Positions 27,387 through 37,520 of a stretch of DNA of 64,000 nucleotides are shown one piece after another. A program made the position numbers and the translations under genes. Numbering within the stretch: the stretch's first letter is position 1; the number at the start of each line of letters is the position of its first letter. The notes beneath the pieces are model-generated. The model was not told the origin of the DNA. It saw only the letters and a list, made by a program, of their open reading frames with translations, and did not search any database. The DNA is from a virus, in IMG/VR virus record IMGVR_UViG_3300046463_001154, positions 1 to 64,000 of that record. The stretch is one strand, 5' to 3'.

Positions 27387-28152
27387 TACTTACTGCTTTC
27401 TTGTAACGAGCCGCAACAATCGAAGTTTGCAAATTTTGACACGATCGGGGGTGAGCACCGTTATACGGGTGTAAGGATAGCCTAAGCTTTCGCCTACGAA
27501 CGTCCGGTCTTTTTCGATCGCTGGGCCACGGCAAAAGTTCGACAAGATCGGTAAGTCAGGGTCCGCTTAAAAGTGTGCGGCAAACGCAACACCGTATCGA
27601 TCGGCACAAATTGCCGTTGAAAGCGTTTGCGTAAGGGTGAACCCTCATAAGCCATAGGTTTCGGTGTGTCAAAGGGACAGAGTCGAAAGTTACCTTACGG
27701 TTTTATTCTTTAGCCCTCGAATTTCGCAAAAAATTATTTCTTCCTTGTGAAACATTTTGTTGCAGAGTAAGAGTAGAGTTCGACTCCAACAGCGACACTT
27801 AAGAAGTCACGTGAAGCAAGCTTTACCGGTAACAGTGAGACCGCAAGATCGCTCTACGACTACGCAATACAAAAGCACCGCCAACGCACTGCCAGCACTA
27901 TTGAAATAAACACAACCTCACGCCCAGACCCATTGAGAGTTACGTTCTCGTAACGGCAACTGACTTTTGGTAAAAAATTACGCCGCTCGGTATATGTTGT
28001 AGGAGAAGATCTCGCGATCCGACCCAGCGACCAGTCGATGAGACTCGGTCGACCGGCACCCCCGTAATCCCCTTTGAAAGATTTCCTCCTCGTTGAGGAG
28101 TGCTTAAACACGTCCGTAACAAAAGCCTTTCGGCGTCGCTGATTCTAAATAG

Positions 28153-28178
28153 TTTCAGGCACATATCACCAGCCTGAC
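28153..28178 (+). promoter_or_regulatory. Putative phage early promoter upstream of chimallin
   Basis: tttcaggca-CATATCAC (28162-28169)-cagcc-TGAC. Confidence 0.72.
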
Positions 28179-28247
28179 ACTAGACAGAAAAGGATTAGTG
28201 TTCGCGCGATCATTAACCTGATTTAGAGAAGAAAAGGAAACAAAACC

Positions 28248-30215
28248 ATGGCAGTCAATACCGGCAACAACAACCGCGCAGCGGCAGCAGAAGCGACCTC
28301 GATGGCAGCAGCATTCAGCCGTCAACAGGAGCAGTCGGCACAAGGTCAGCAGCAAGCAGCACCGAGCGCATCACAGCGCCCGCAACAGCGCACCCGTCTG
28401 TCCGATCTGGGAAGCCTCGCGCGTTCGGCAATGGGCCGCAACCCGCAAAGCGAAGTGATCACGAAGCTGAGCAAGGCGCTCGAAGCCGCGTTCGCCGGCA
28501 TCGACAAGAGCTACGAAGTCACGCTCATCCCCATCGACTACAACAACACGCAGTCGCTGGTGAAGTCGGTGATCGTCGTCGCAATGCGCGACCTGATGAA
28601 CAAGGACACGGGCGTGGCCTGCCACACCCTGATCCTGGAAGGGTCGAGCGAGCCGCTGCAAGTCGGCTACCAGATGATCAACAACCAGAACGTCGAAATC
28701 CTGCGCGTGGCCGGCGACGTCAACAACAAGACGCTGTCTGACGAAGTGCTGGCAGCCGTGTCGCGCACCTTCCCCGGCATGCCGATTTGGCCGGTGGACG
28801 CATGCGTGGTGCCGCGTGACTTCAACGTCGATGACGTGACGCTGGTTCACGAGCTGGCAGCGAACGCTGCAACGGCTTGCACGACTGAACTCGAAGTGCG
28901 TCAGCCGGGCGGCTTCGCGGACCTGGACCTGGGCACCGTTGAGCAAGAGAACTCGCTGACCGTTCAGCCGACGTTCGGCAACGGCCAGTCGCGTGACATG
29001 GTCGGCGCACCGGTTCGTTCGGACATCGTGATCGACTTCCGTGCAGGCGGCCAGGAGATTCCGGGTCAGCAAGGCGTGACGCAGCGCGTGTCGCAGATCT
29101 CGCGCATCAGCGGCTACATGGACCTCGCATGGGCACCGGCCGAGCAGCAGACGCAAGCGTTCAATCCGTGGGTCGCACCGCAGGCGCAGCCGGCGTCGCC
29201 CGACGAGTTCAAGCGCTATCGTCCGCGCTTCGTGATGACCGATCTCGAGTCGGTCAAGCTGCTCACGATTCCGGCGCAACTGCTGGCACTCGTGACGGCG
29301 TTCACGCTGGCTGAGAACAACGCATGGGTTGAAGCGTTCCGTCCGGCTCCGATGAGCAACAGCGCGGAAGTGGACTGGAAGGACATCGGCGCGATCGGCA
29401 TCGAAGCGAACTTCGAGAAGAACCCGAACGGCTTCGGCTCGCGCGTCGATACGAAGTCGGATGCGTTCCAGCGCGGTCAAGGTCAAGCAGGCGATCACCT
29501 CCTGCGTCTGGTCGGCTCGGTCATCACGCCGAAACTGATCCTGTCGCTGGACGTGCCCGAGTGCGGTCCGCAGACGTGGTTCAACGGCATCTTCGCAGCA
29601 TCCGGTGAACTGACCGGCAACAACTGGCAGAAGGCGAATGAGATCATCGTCCGCGCGGCGAACGTGCTCACGCACGGCAACTTCAGCCGTTACTTCCAGG
29701 CCGGTGGCCGCGTGGCGTCCGACGAATTCAACCGCATCCATCTGGGTTGGTACGTCGACCGTCATGGCGTGAAGCGTGACCTGCGTGACATCGATTACCT
29801 GGCCGTGCTCAACATGGTCGGCGATCGTGATCCGGAAGTTGCCCGCGAATGGTCGGACTCGTTCGCACGTACGAACATGGACCTGCAAGTTCGTCTGGCG
29901 AAGCGCAAGCAGATCATCGAAGGCGTGCTCGGCAAGAACAACGTCGAGTTCACCGGCTTCGCGCGTCGCGTGACGTTCGACCCGGCGTTCATCGTCGCGC
30001 TGCTGAATGCGTGCAAGGACACGGGCCTCTCGGTCCGCACCATCGCACCGATGACGGATCTGAACCAGTACGAGCGCGCGGTGAACCCGTACGTGATCTC
30101 GGCTGGTCTGGATACGGCGTCGCTCAACGGCTCGGTGTTCAACCGCGGCTTCGCGCATTCGCAGCAACAGCAGTACGGCGCTCGCGCGGGCTTCAGCCGC
30201 TGGTCGCAGCAGTAA
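28248..30215 (+). CDS. chmA: Chimallin, the phage nuclear shell protein (phiKZ gp54-like), 655 aa
   Basis: Size, very strong codon bias, motifs VRSDIVI, DIGAIGIE and RIHLGWYVD...RDLRDIDYLAVLN, aromatic/Gly-rich tail; directly upstream of the nvRNAP beta' N subunit. Confidence 0.9.
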   Translation: MAVNTGNNNRAAAAEATSMAAAFSRQQEQSAQGQQQAAPSASQRPQQRTRLSDLGSLARSAMGRNPQSEVITKLSKALEAAFAGIDKSYEVTLIPIDYNNTQSLVKSVIVVAMRDLMNKDTGVACHTLILEGSSEPLQVGYQMINNQNVEILRVAGDVNNKTLSDEVLAAVSRTFPGMPIWPVDACVVPRDFNVDDVTLVHELAANAATACTTELEVRQPGGFADLDLGTVEQENSLTVQPTFGNGQSRDMVGAPVRSDIVIDFRAGGQEIPGQQGVTQRVSQISRISGYMDLAWAPAEQQTQAFNPWVAPQAQPASPDEFKRYRPRFVMTDLESVKLLTIPAQLLALVTAFTLAENNAWVEAFRPAPMSNSAEVDWKDIGAIGIEANFEKNPNGFGSRVDTKSDAFQRGQGQAGDHLLRLVGSVITPKLILSLDVPECGPQTWFNGIFAASGELTGNNWQKANEIIVRAANVLTHGNFSRYFQAGGRVASDEFNRIHLGWYVDRHGVKRDLRDIDYLAVLNMVGDRDPEVAREWSDSFARTNMDLQVRLAKRKQIIEGVLGKNNVEFTGFARRVTFDPAFIVALLNACKDTGLSVRTIAPMTDLNQYERAVNPYVISAGLDTASLNGSVFNRGFAHSQQQQYGARAGFSRWSQQ

Positions 30216-30256
30216 GCAGTAGTGCCTGCGCCTCGCTCACGCGGGGTGCAGTTGGG

Positions 30257-30307
30257 CGGAGGGGGCGAAAGCCCTCTCCCCTCTCTTTATGCCGTCTTTC
30301 TTTTTTT
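30257..30307 (+). terminator. Terminator after chimallin with TATGCCGT flank
   Basis: GGAGGGGGC-gaaa-GCCCTCTCC, TATGCCGT at 30288-30295, then a T run. Confidence 0.75.
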
Positions 30308-30354
30308 GGTCATCACACGCGGCTAGACCACCGCAGCTGTAGAGAAAAACGAAG

Positions 30355-30495
30355 ATGAACGTGTGGATGATGGTCGGTACGGCTGGACTGACAGCCGTTT
30401 CCCTTGCCCTGGTGATCAGTGGCGTGCTCGCTTACACCTCGATCGCTCCTCAACGAGGAGTTGGAAACAAGAAGTCGATTGACTCGTCGGGTTGA
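30355..30495 (+). CDS. Small single-TM protein, 46 aa (below the ORF-track cutoff)
   Basis: MNVWMMVGTAGLTAVSLALVISGVLAYTSIAPQRGVGNKKSIDSSG, translated by hand. Confidence 0.45.
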   Translation: MNVWMMVGTAGLTAVSLALVISGVLAYTSIAPQRGVGNKKSIDSSG

Positions 30496-30501
30496 AACGA
30501 A

Positions 30502-30527
30502 ATTCGGCGATATATCACTAGCTTGAA
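30502..30527 (+). promoter_or_regulatory. Putative phage early promoter upstream of nvRNAP beta' N
   Basis: attcggcga-TATATCAC (30511-30518)-tagct-TGAA. Confidence 0.75.
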
Positions 30528-30619
30528 TAGATTGCAAGGCGATTTTTATTTCACCACGCAATCGTAAGAGCAGCAAAACGATCCCCAATCAAGCAGTTGC
30601 ACCAAGCAAGGAGAACACG

Positions 30620-32149
30620 GTGGGCGTATTCCTCCAACTCGTGAACCAGGACGAAGTTTTCAACCATTTCTCGTCCAAGGAACCGATCATCATCAACGAC
30701 CTCTCGGACACGTCCGAAGAGGAAAAAGAACACATCTACAACCTGATTTTCACGAAGTACGATCTCATCAACTCGGATCTGCTTTCGAACATCCCGTCGT
30801 GCGATTGCGGCAACACGGTCGGTGTCGACAAGCTCGGGGATGGGACGTACATCAAGGCGGTTGTTTGCCCGGACTGCCATACCGAAGTGACCGCGCCGCA
30901 TCAGCGCGATCTCGAACCGCTGATCTGGCTGCGCGCACCAAAGGGCGTGACTGCGCTGATCAACCCGACGGTCTGGACGATGATTGCGGAGCGCTTCGAG
31001 AAGAGCAACTTCGACGTGATGCGCTGGATCGTGGACGTCAATTACAAGTCGGCCGTGAAAGAGCCGCCTGTGATGGAGTACATCCGCAAGGCGAACATTC
31101 CGCGAGGCTACAACAACTTCGTGGAGAACTTCGATCAGATCATGGACTTCATGTTCAATCTGAAGTTCTACAGCAAGAAGAAGCTCGCTCCGCTCAAGCA
31201 GCTGCTGCAAGAACAGCGCGACTGCATCTTCTCAAAGTACATGCCGCTGCCCAACCGGTCGCTGCTCGTGTTGGAAGACACGAACCACGGCTCGTACACG
31301 GACGCAACCGCACCTGTCGCTGTGGACGCGATCCTGATGATGGTGGGTATCGACGCGCCCCTCTCCGTTCACTCCGAGCGAGTGAAGGAGAACCGCACGA
31401 TCAAGATGATCATCCAGACGGCGCAGTACTACGACGAGACGATGCGTACGGTCCTCGCGAAGAAGGAAGGCATTTTCCGCAAGCACGTCTATGGAACGCG
31501 CGCGCACTTCAGCTTTCGCGCAGTGATTAGCTCGCTCACGGATAGCCATGACTACGACGAAGTGCACATTCCCTGGGGCATCGGTATCGCGGTGTTCGAA
31601 CTGCATCTGAAGAACCGGATGATGCGCCAGGGCATGACGCCGTCCGAAGCGGATGCGTACCTGCTCGATCACGCGGCGAAGTACTGCCCGATGCTCGAAC
31701 AGATGTTCCACGACTTCATCGAACGTTCGCCGTACAAGGGCGTTCCAATCGTGCTGCAACGGAACCCGTCGCTCGCCCGTTCCTCGGCGCAGGCCATGTT
31801 CATCACGAAGGTGAAGAGCGAGCCGGCGATCCCCACGATCTCGATGAGTATTCTGTCGGTGGTGGGCTTCAACGCAGACTTCGACGGCGACCAGCTCAAC
31901 GCAACGTTGTCGCTCGATTTCGTGACGGCCGAAGAGCTGTATCGACTTGCACCGCACCAGAGCGTGTTCGACATGAACGCCCCGCGTACGGTGTCGCGCA
32001 ACCTGTCGATGCCGAAGACCGTGATTGCGACGATCAGCAACTGGATTCACTGGGACGAGCCGGAACAGCCCGATCCCGAAGTTCTGCGTCGCATGGCCGC
32101 TATTCCCGAAGCACCGCCTGCTTCGGAACCGGTTCCTGCTATCCATTAA
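30620..32149 (+). CDS. Non-virion RNA polymerase beta' N-terminal subunit (phiKZ gp55-like), 509 aa
   Basis: Catalytic NADFDGD, Zn ligands CDCG...CPDC, KEGIFRKHVYGTR, FRAVI, LQRNPSL; AAGGAG RBS. Confidence 0.95.
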   Translation: MGVFLQLVNQDEVFNHFSSKEPIIINDLSDTSEEEKEHIYNLIFTKYDLINSDLLSNIPSCDCGNTVGVDKLGDGTYIKAVVCPDCHTEVTAPHQRDLEPLIWLRAPKGVTALINPTVWTMIAERFEKSNFDVMRWIVDVNYKSAVKEPPVMEYIRKANIPRGYNNFVENFDQIMDFMFNLKFYSKKKLAPLKQLLQEQRDCIFSKYMPLPNRSLLVLEDTNHGSYTDATAPVAVDAILMMVGIDAPLSVHSERVKENRTIKMIIQTAQYYDETMRTVLAKKEGIFRKHVYGTRAHFSFRAVISSLTDSHDYDEVHIPWGIGIAVFELHLKNRMMRQGMTPSEADAYLLDHAAKYCPMLEQMFHDFIERSPYKGVPIVLQRNPSLARSSAQAMFITKVKSEPAIPTISMSILSVVGFNADFDGDQLNATLSLDFVTAEELYRLAPHQSVFDMNAPRTVSRNLSMPKTVIATISNWIHWDEPEQPDPEVLRRMAAIPEAPPASEPVPAIH

Positions 32150-32162
32150 CGCGAGGTGAGAA

Positions 32163-32783
32163 ATGGTAATGATCGTTCAGGGTAATTCCCAGACGTTCAA
32201 CAGTCTCGTGTACGGCGCCCAGAAGCATCCGGGCACCCTCTCGTTTCTGGAGAACCAGGTGCAGCAGTTCAGCGGAGCGTTGACGGAGTTTGGCCAAGCG
32301 TTTTTCAACTCGGCGAAGCATCTCTACGAGAGCTTCAACAGTTCGGAAGCGATGCGGATTGCGCGTGCAGCGACGCGTAAGTTCGATAGCTTGTTCATGA
32401 GCGACAAAATCCAGAGCATCTGGGATCTGGGTCGGCTGCAGCATGCCCCGCTCACAATGCAGCGCTGGATCATGGCGCAGGAAGACGTGCGTACGCTCTA
32501 TCACCAGCAGCGATGCGACGGTTACTCGCAGACGTACTTCGACGTCGAGCCGGGTCGTCGCGGTGTGGAGCAGTACGATTGGCGCCGCATTCATCACGGC
32601 GTGGTGCAGGACACGGAAGACGGTGGCTGGGTGGTTCACCACTATCTCGACGAGATCCACGAAGGTGATCGCGAACTGGAATTCGAGGAGAAGGTTGACA
32701 TCCTGAACACCCACGACGTGATCCGTGCCTACGTCGAGATGGGGCAGGACGATCCGACCTCGAAGTGGAACGAAAGGCTGTAA
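32163..32783 (+). CDS. Conserved phiKZ gp59-like protein, 206 aa
   Basis: LQHAPLTMQRWIMA...CDGYSQTY...DPTS pattern; GAGGTG RBS; synteny. Confidence 0.7.
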   Translation: MVMIVQGNSQTFNSLVYGAQKHPGTLSFLENQVQQFSGALTEFGQAFFNSAKHLYESFNSSEAMRIARAATRKFDSLFMSDKIQSIWDLGRLQHAPLTMQRWIMAQEDVRTLYHQQRCDGYSQTYFDVEPGRRGVEQYDWRRIHHGVVQDTEDGGWVVHHYLDEIHEGDRELEFEEKVDILNTHDVIRAYVEMGQDDPTSKWNERL

Positions 32784-32903
32784 GAAGGTGATCCCGGGAG
32801 ATGAAAGTCTTCCGGGCTACCCTTCGTTATCCTTTCTTTTTTGCTTGGCCGAAGGTATCGATCGGCAGATTTTATGTTCCCCTTTGATACTGTGAGTCCC
32901 GCC

Positions 32904-33338
32904 ATGCCAATTCCCGTGCCGTCACTTTCTACCGGTGGTTGGGTAGTGTCACCGCAGCAGAAAGCCGACTTGCTGATGGCGCACATCTACGAGTCGATGA
33001 ACAACCAGACGTACACCTACCCGGGCAACATCACCAGTATTCAGTATGTCATCGAAAAGCATGCTGGTGACATTCCCGGCACGTGCGAGGGCGTTCAGGT
33101 CGCGATGGAGGCGTACCTCCAGCGCTACTACGACGACGTGAGCGTCCAGGTTGGAAGCGATAACAGCGACGGAACCGGTCTTGTGACGTTGATGGTCTAC
33201 GCGCAGGTAACCGAGGACGGCGTGACATATCCGTACTCCGGTCTCATCCAGGCAAGCAATTCCAAGTTCATCAAAGCCGTGAATCTGAACAACACCGGAC
33301 AGTCGGTGGCGGCCAACGTCATTCAGCAAGCACCATGA
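32904..33338 (+). CDS. Conserved phiKZ gp61-like protein; probable start MPIPVPSL
   Basis: PSLSTGGWV...KADLL...Q...YPGNITSI pattern; synteny. Confidence 0.62.
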   Translation: MPIPVPSLSTGGWVVSPQQKADLLMAHIYESMNNQTYTYPGNITSIQYVIEKHAGDIPGTCEGVQVAMEAYLQRYYDDVSVQVGSDNSDGTGLVTLMVYAQVTEDGVTYPYSGLIQASNSKFIKAVNLNNTGQSVAANVIQQAP

Positions 33339-33931
33339 TTTCCGACATCAAACCGATCACGCCCCAGGGTCCCGCGTTCGAAGAGGTGCCCACGCCGGGT
33401 CAGGCACCGGCATGGCTCGAAAGCCTGTTCCGTCGAATCAACAAGTCGATCCTCGACGTCGTGCACTTCGAGCAACATGAATACCTCGATATCCGCAAGC
33501 TGCCGCATGCACTGAAACCCAGTGAAGTGCTGACCAAGCCGCACCTGATGCAGGACGGCTCGATCATCGTTCAGACGGTGTTCCCTATCGCGGTCGACAA
33601 CTGTTTCGTGGTCGTCTATACGCCGATCTTCGAGAACGGCGACGACGCAATGATGGGTCAGCAGCCGGACGATGTCTCCGTCATCGACTTCAAGCTCTTC
33701 TGTTATCAGGAGCGCGGCCGCTTCGCCTACGAGAACGTACCGCAGACGCCTTCACCTGCAATCGCAGCGGAACTCAAGCGTCAGTCCCATGCACTGGGAC
33801 TTCGCAACATGCAGTTCCTGTACTTCACCGTGCTCAAGCCGAACGTTGCGGAAGCTTTCGATGATCCGAACGGTTACGGCAAAGCGGCGGCCTCTGCTGT
33901 GTCGGACGGTCCGACGCCCGCAGCCGACTAA
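33335..33931 (+). CDS. Hypothetical protein, 198 aa
   Basis: ATGA overlap; phage-like codon bias. Confidence 0.65.
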   Translation: MISDIKPITPQGPAFEEVPTPGQAPAWLESLFRRINKSILDVVHFEQHEYLDIRKLPHALKPSEVLTKPHLMQDGSIIVQTVFPIAVDNCFVVVYTPIFENGDDAMMGQQPDDVSVIDFKLFCYQERGRFAYENVPQTPSPAIAAELKRQSHALGLRNMQFLYFTVLKPNVAEAFDDPNGYGKAAASAVSDGPTPAAD

Positions 33932-33942
33932 GGAGCGCGAGC

Positions 33943-34572
33943 ATGAATCAACCCCTCAATAAGTTCGAGGCAGCGCGCGCTCGTATAACGCACGGCCGTG
34001 ACGAGGGTCAGGCGAACTTCATCAACACAATCGCTGCCAGTCTCAACGTCATCGCGTCGGAAGATGTCGCACGACTGCCCGAGGATCTTTTCTCGAAAGT
34101 CTTCCTCCCATTGCTCGCCGGCGATACCGAACTGCCGCACAAGGTCACGGTCGCAGACTGGATCTCGATCGCCGGTACGCCGTACAAGCCCGTCGACGTG
34201 TTTGATCCTGCAACCGGTGCGGTGCTGTTCCGGGTACCCCCTGTATTTGATTACCAGGGGGTGAACCCGGTCCGCGATCCAGCGGACCGGCGCCAAACGC
34301 CGATTCAGGATGTCGTGACGCTGGCCGATCAGTATTCGCATCTGCACCCGATGGCGGGCGTGAATTATTTGCGCAACGTTTTGGGTCAACGCGCGACGAT
34401 CATGAACACGAGCGACAAGCTCCGCAAACACGCTGTGGTGTGGAACGAAATCCTCACGCGTTACGGACGCCCTCCTCTTTTCGCAGCAGAGCAATCTGCC
34501 ACCACTCCTGCCGCCCCGGCAGCGGGGTCGGTGCCCGCACAGGGAGATGAGCCCGAGTATGAGGACTTCTGA
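33943..34572 (+). CDS. Conserved phiKZ gp62-like protein, 209 aa
   Basis: LPEDLF...FLP...WISIAGTPYKPVDV...VLFRVPP; AAGGAG RBS. Confidence 0.65.
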   Translation: MNQPLNKFEAARARITHGRDEGQANFINTIAASLNVIASEDVARLPEDLFSKVFLPLLAGDTELPHKVTVADWISIAGTPYKPVDVFDPATGAVLFRVPPVFDYQGVNPVRDPADRRQTPIQDVVTLADQYSHLHPMAGVNYLRNVLGQRATIMNTSDKLRKHAVVWNEILTRYGRPPLFAAEQSATTPAAPAAGSVPAQGDEPEYEDF

Positions 34573-35680
34573 CCTCAAGATCGCGACGGTTTCGGACGTG
34601 CACCTCGGTGCCAAGCGCACACCGACGCGTGACATTATCAAGAACCTGAAGGCCGCCTTCCCGGATAACGCGGAGACGGCCGAACTCGACATGATCTGCC
34701 TCGTAGGCGACGTGTTCGATACGTTGTTGTCGTTGAATGACGAAGATTTGGTAGAGATCGATTTCTGGATCGCTCACCTGCTGCGCCTGTGCAAAAAGCA
34801 CGAAATCGTGCTGTACGTCCTCGAGGGGACGCCCAGTCACGATTGGCGGCAGTCGGAGCGGTTCGTCTCTATCAATGAGATCGCAGGCATTGGCGCTAAT
34901 CTCAAATATGTTAAAGACATTTCCGTCGAGTACGAACCCTCCCTGGACATATGGGTTGGGTTCGTACCCGACGAGAGTGCGCCGACAACAGACCAAACTC
35001 TTAGCCAAATCTACGACCTGCTCCGAGACAAAGGACTCGAACAGGTAGATTTGATGTTCATGCACGGGCAATTCGAGTACCAACTCCCGCCCCACGTCAA
35101 AGCACAGAAGCACGATTCGGAAGCGTATCTGCGGATCACGCGCATGGGTGTGTTCATCGGACACGTCCATATCCAGTCGACCTACAAGTGGATCTACGCG
35201 CAGGGTTCCTTTGACCGGCTTGGCCACGGCGAAGAAGAGCCAAAGGGGCACTTCCGCGCGACCTTCCGTCCGAACGGAGACCGCGATGTCGTTTTCGTGG
35301 AGAACACCGGTGCGCGCAAGTTCATCACGGTGTACTGCATGCACATGTCAGTCGAGGACTCGCTGCTCGAAATCGAGCGTCGTGTGAAGAACTTGCCGGA
35401 CAACTCGGCGGTGCGTCTGGAAGCCAATCATGACCATCCGCTTTTCGCGGACATGGATGCGCTGATGCGGATCTATCCGCAGTTTGTCTGGAGCAAGAAT
35501 CCGAAGGACGCCGATGAGGAGGAGGCCCCGGCGCTCGAAGAAGGAACGGTGGAGTTCGTGCCTATCACGATCACACGCGAAAACATTGTCGAACTGCTCT
35601 CCGAACGCCTCGTAGCCATGGGTGTCTCGGCGGACATGATCGCCATTGCACAACAGAAAATCAACGAAGTGAGGGGATAA
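34547..35680 (+). CDS. sbcD: SbcD/Mre11-like metallophosphoesterase nuclease (phiKZ gp65-like)
   Basis: SDVHLG, GDVFD, GTPSHD, MHG, GHVH and GSFDRL motifs. Confidence 0.92.
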   Translation: MSPSMRTSDLKIATVSDVHLGAKRTPTRDIIKNLKAAFPDNAETAELDMICLVGDVFDTLLSLNDEDLVEIDFWIAHLLRLCKKHEIVLYVLEGTPSHDWRQSERFVSINEIAGIGANLKYVKDISVEYEPSLDIWVGFVPDESAPTTDQTLSQIYDLLRDKGLEQVDLMFMHGQFEYQLPPHVKAQKHDSEAYLRITRMGVFIGHVHIQSTYKWIYAQGSFDRLGHGEEEPKGHFRATFRPNGDRDVVFVENTGARKFITVYCMHMSVEDSLLEIERRVKNLPDNSAVRLEANHDHPLFADMDALMRIYPQFVWSKNPKDADEEEAPALEEGTVEFVPITITRENIVELLSERLVAMGVSADMIAIAQQKINEVRG

Positions 35681-36544
35681 ATGCAGCTGATGAATGCTGG
35701 CATTGCCGAGCGTGCTGTTGGTCAGTACCCCCTCTCCGTCGCCACGTCGCTGGCGATTGAGAGCGCCAACGGAATTCACCCGGAAATCCCGGTCGACTCG
35801 CCGCCTATCCTCAAGTACGAGGAGTTGTGGGTCAACCTGAAGACCTTGTTCCGCAACTTCATTGGTGCGCTCGACAAGGTCACCGCCGGAAGTGTGGTGC
35901 CGGAAGAGATCGCCGCGAACCTTGACGATGAGATGGAGCAGATCAGCCAGATCATCGCCGAGAGCAGCAGCGGTCGCTGCAAGGTGGTGTTCTATGTGAA
36001 CAACATGACCAACCTTGCAACACGGTATCGCTACTCCACTCTGCGTAAGGACAACACGCCGAAGCAGATGGAGTACACGGCCATCCTGAAGAAGACGCTC
36101 GCGCTCATGCTGGCTGACAACAAGACCCGGCCGTTGCCGATCTTGACGTTCGATCGCCTGCTCAGTCCGCCTCAAGAAGTCACGCCGAAGATTCTGCTGT
36201 TGACGCATGTCGCGTACGACCTGCTCTCGGCCAAAAACTTTCGCAGCGTCACGCTGCTGGAATCGCATACGGGACGACTCAAGGACAGGGCCCTTTGGTA
36301 CACGAAGTACGCCAACGGTCGTGACCTTGTCATGCTGCCGTTTCGCGAAGACTTGATGCAGGTCTTCGGCGATAACGAGACGTTTGTTCCGATGCCGATC
36401 AAAGTTCGAAAGGAGGTTATCGAGATCGCCAACCGTTTCCACTGGACGAGCGTTACCACCACCGACAAGGTGCGCTTGGGACTTGAGTTCATCCAGGACC
36501 CGCTCACACGGGAAATCTTGAAGAGCATCGTAACCAGTCAATAG
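35681..36544 (+). CDS. Conserved phiKZ gp66-like protein, 287 aa
   Basis: LWVNLKTLFRN, LLTH..YDLL, LLESHTG, WYTK, FGD; synteny. Confidence 0.7.
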   Translation: MQLMNAGIAERAVGQYPLSVATSLAIESANGIHPEIPVDSPPILKYEELWVNLKTLFRNFIGALDKVTAGSVVPEEIAANLDDEMEQISQIIAESSSGRCKVVFYVNNMTNLATRYRYSTLRKDNTPKQMEYTAILKKTLALMLADNKTRPLPILTFDRLLSPPQEVTPKILLLTHVAYDLLSAKNFRSVTLLESHTGRLKDRALWYTKYANGRDLVMLPFREDLMQVFGDNETFVPMPIKVRKEVIEIANRFHWTSVTTTDKVRLGLEFIQDPLTREILKSIVTSQ

Positions 36545-36630
36545 GTGCGGGGAAACACGATTCGACTGGGGATTTTTTATTCATCGTGGGTATCGTTTGT
36601 CACCCCACAGAACATCGGATTACAAAGAAA

Positions 36631-37362
36631 ATGAGCGACTTCCGCAAAGAACGAAAGAAGATTGCCTTCGACAATCGCAAGCTGCACCTGTCGACTCCCT
36701 GCCCCACGGCGAAGGGGAAGTGGTCGAGCCTGCAGGTCAATCTCTTCTCGAACAATCCCCGCATCACGGTCTACACCAACGACCCGGACGATCAGGGCGA
36801 ATCGAAGCAGTACGGCAAGATCACCGCGAACCTGGATGCACAAGTCTTCTTCGTGTTCCTCGGCAAGCTGACCGAAATCATCAACGGTCCCGCTGGCGTT
36901 GAAGACAAGGTGAAGATCGAAAACAAGAACTTCATCTTCCCGGGCGGCAAGCGCAGCGAATCGCCGGTCGTCCAGTCCGAACTCCATTTCGGTAAGGACG
37001 CTGAAGGCGTTGTGTGGGTGTCTGTCACCGCGCGTGATCGGCCCCGCATCAAGTTCGCATTCGGTCGCAGCGACTTCCACACGCTCTTCCACAAGTCGGG
37101 CGAGCAATACAGCGCCGGCGAAGCATCGGTTCTCTTCGCGCGCGGCTGGGTGCGCATCATGGAAAACATGATGACCCACTTGCTCGTGACGGAATGGGTC
37201 GAGCCCGAGAAGAAGGACAACGGTAACCGCGGCGGTGGCGGCGGCGGTGGCTTCAACCGTAACAACGGTGGTGGCAATCGTGGCAACAGCTACGGCGGTG
37301 GCGCTGCCGGCGGTGGCGGTGGCGGTTCGACCGAAGAAGTGTCGGACGACATTCCCTGGTAA
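36631..37362 (+). CDS. chmC: ChmC-like nucleic-acid-binding protein (phiKZ gp67-like) with a Gly/Asn/Arg-rich tail ending DDIPW
   Basis: Directly upstream of the gp68-gp69 pair; NNPRITVYTN motif; disordered C-terminal tail; probable start MSDFRK. Confidence 0.72.
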   Translation: MSDFRKERKKIAFDNRKLHLSTPCPTAKGKWSSLQVNLFSNNPRITVYTNDPDDQGESKQYGKITANLDAQVFFVFLGKLTEIINGPAGVEDKVKIENKNFIFPGGKRSESPVVQSELHFGKDAEGVVWVSVTARDRPRIKFAFGRSDFHTLFHKSGEQYSAGEASVLFARGWVRIMENMMTHLLVTEWVEPEKKDNGNRGGGGGGGFNRNNGGGNRGNSYGGGAAGGGGGGSTEEVSDDIPW

Positions 37363-37459
37363 GTAGGTGCAAGGCAGTTGAAATGCAGAGTTAGTTGAGG
37401 AACCGGTCAGGCTTACAGAGCTTGGCCGGTTCTTTGACCCCAGACCGCATTGAAACTGG

Positions 37460-37485
37460 CTTCGGTGATATATCACCACCCTGAA
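37460..37485 (+). promoter_or_regulatory. Putative phage early promoter upstream of the gp68-like gene
   Basis: cttcggtga-TATATCAC (37469-37476)-caccc-TGAA; here embedded in the palindrome GGTGATATATCACC. Confidence 0.75.
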
Positions 37486-37520
37486 GCTTTAGAGTTAGGT
37501 GCTCCTTAGGAGATTGAGTT

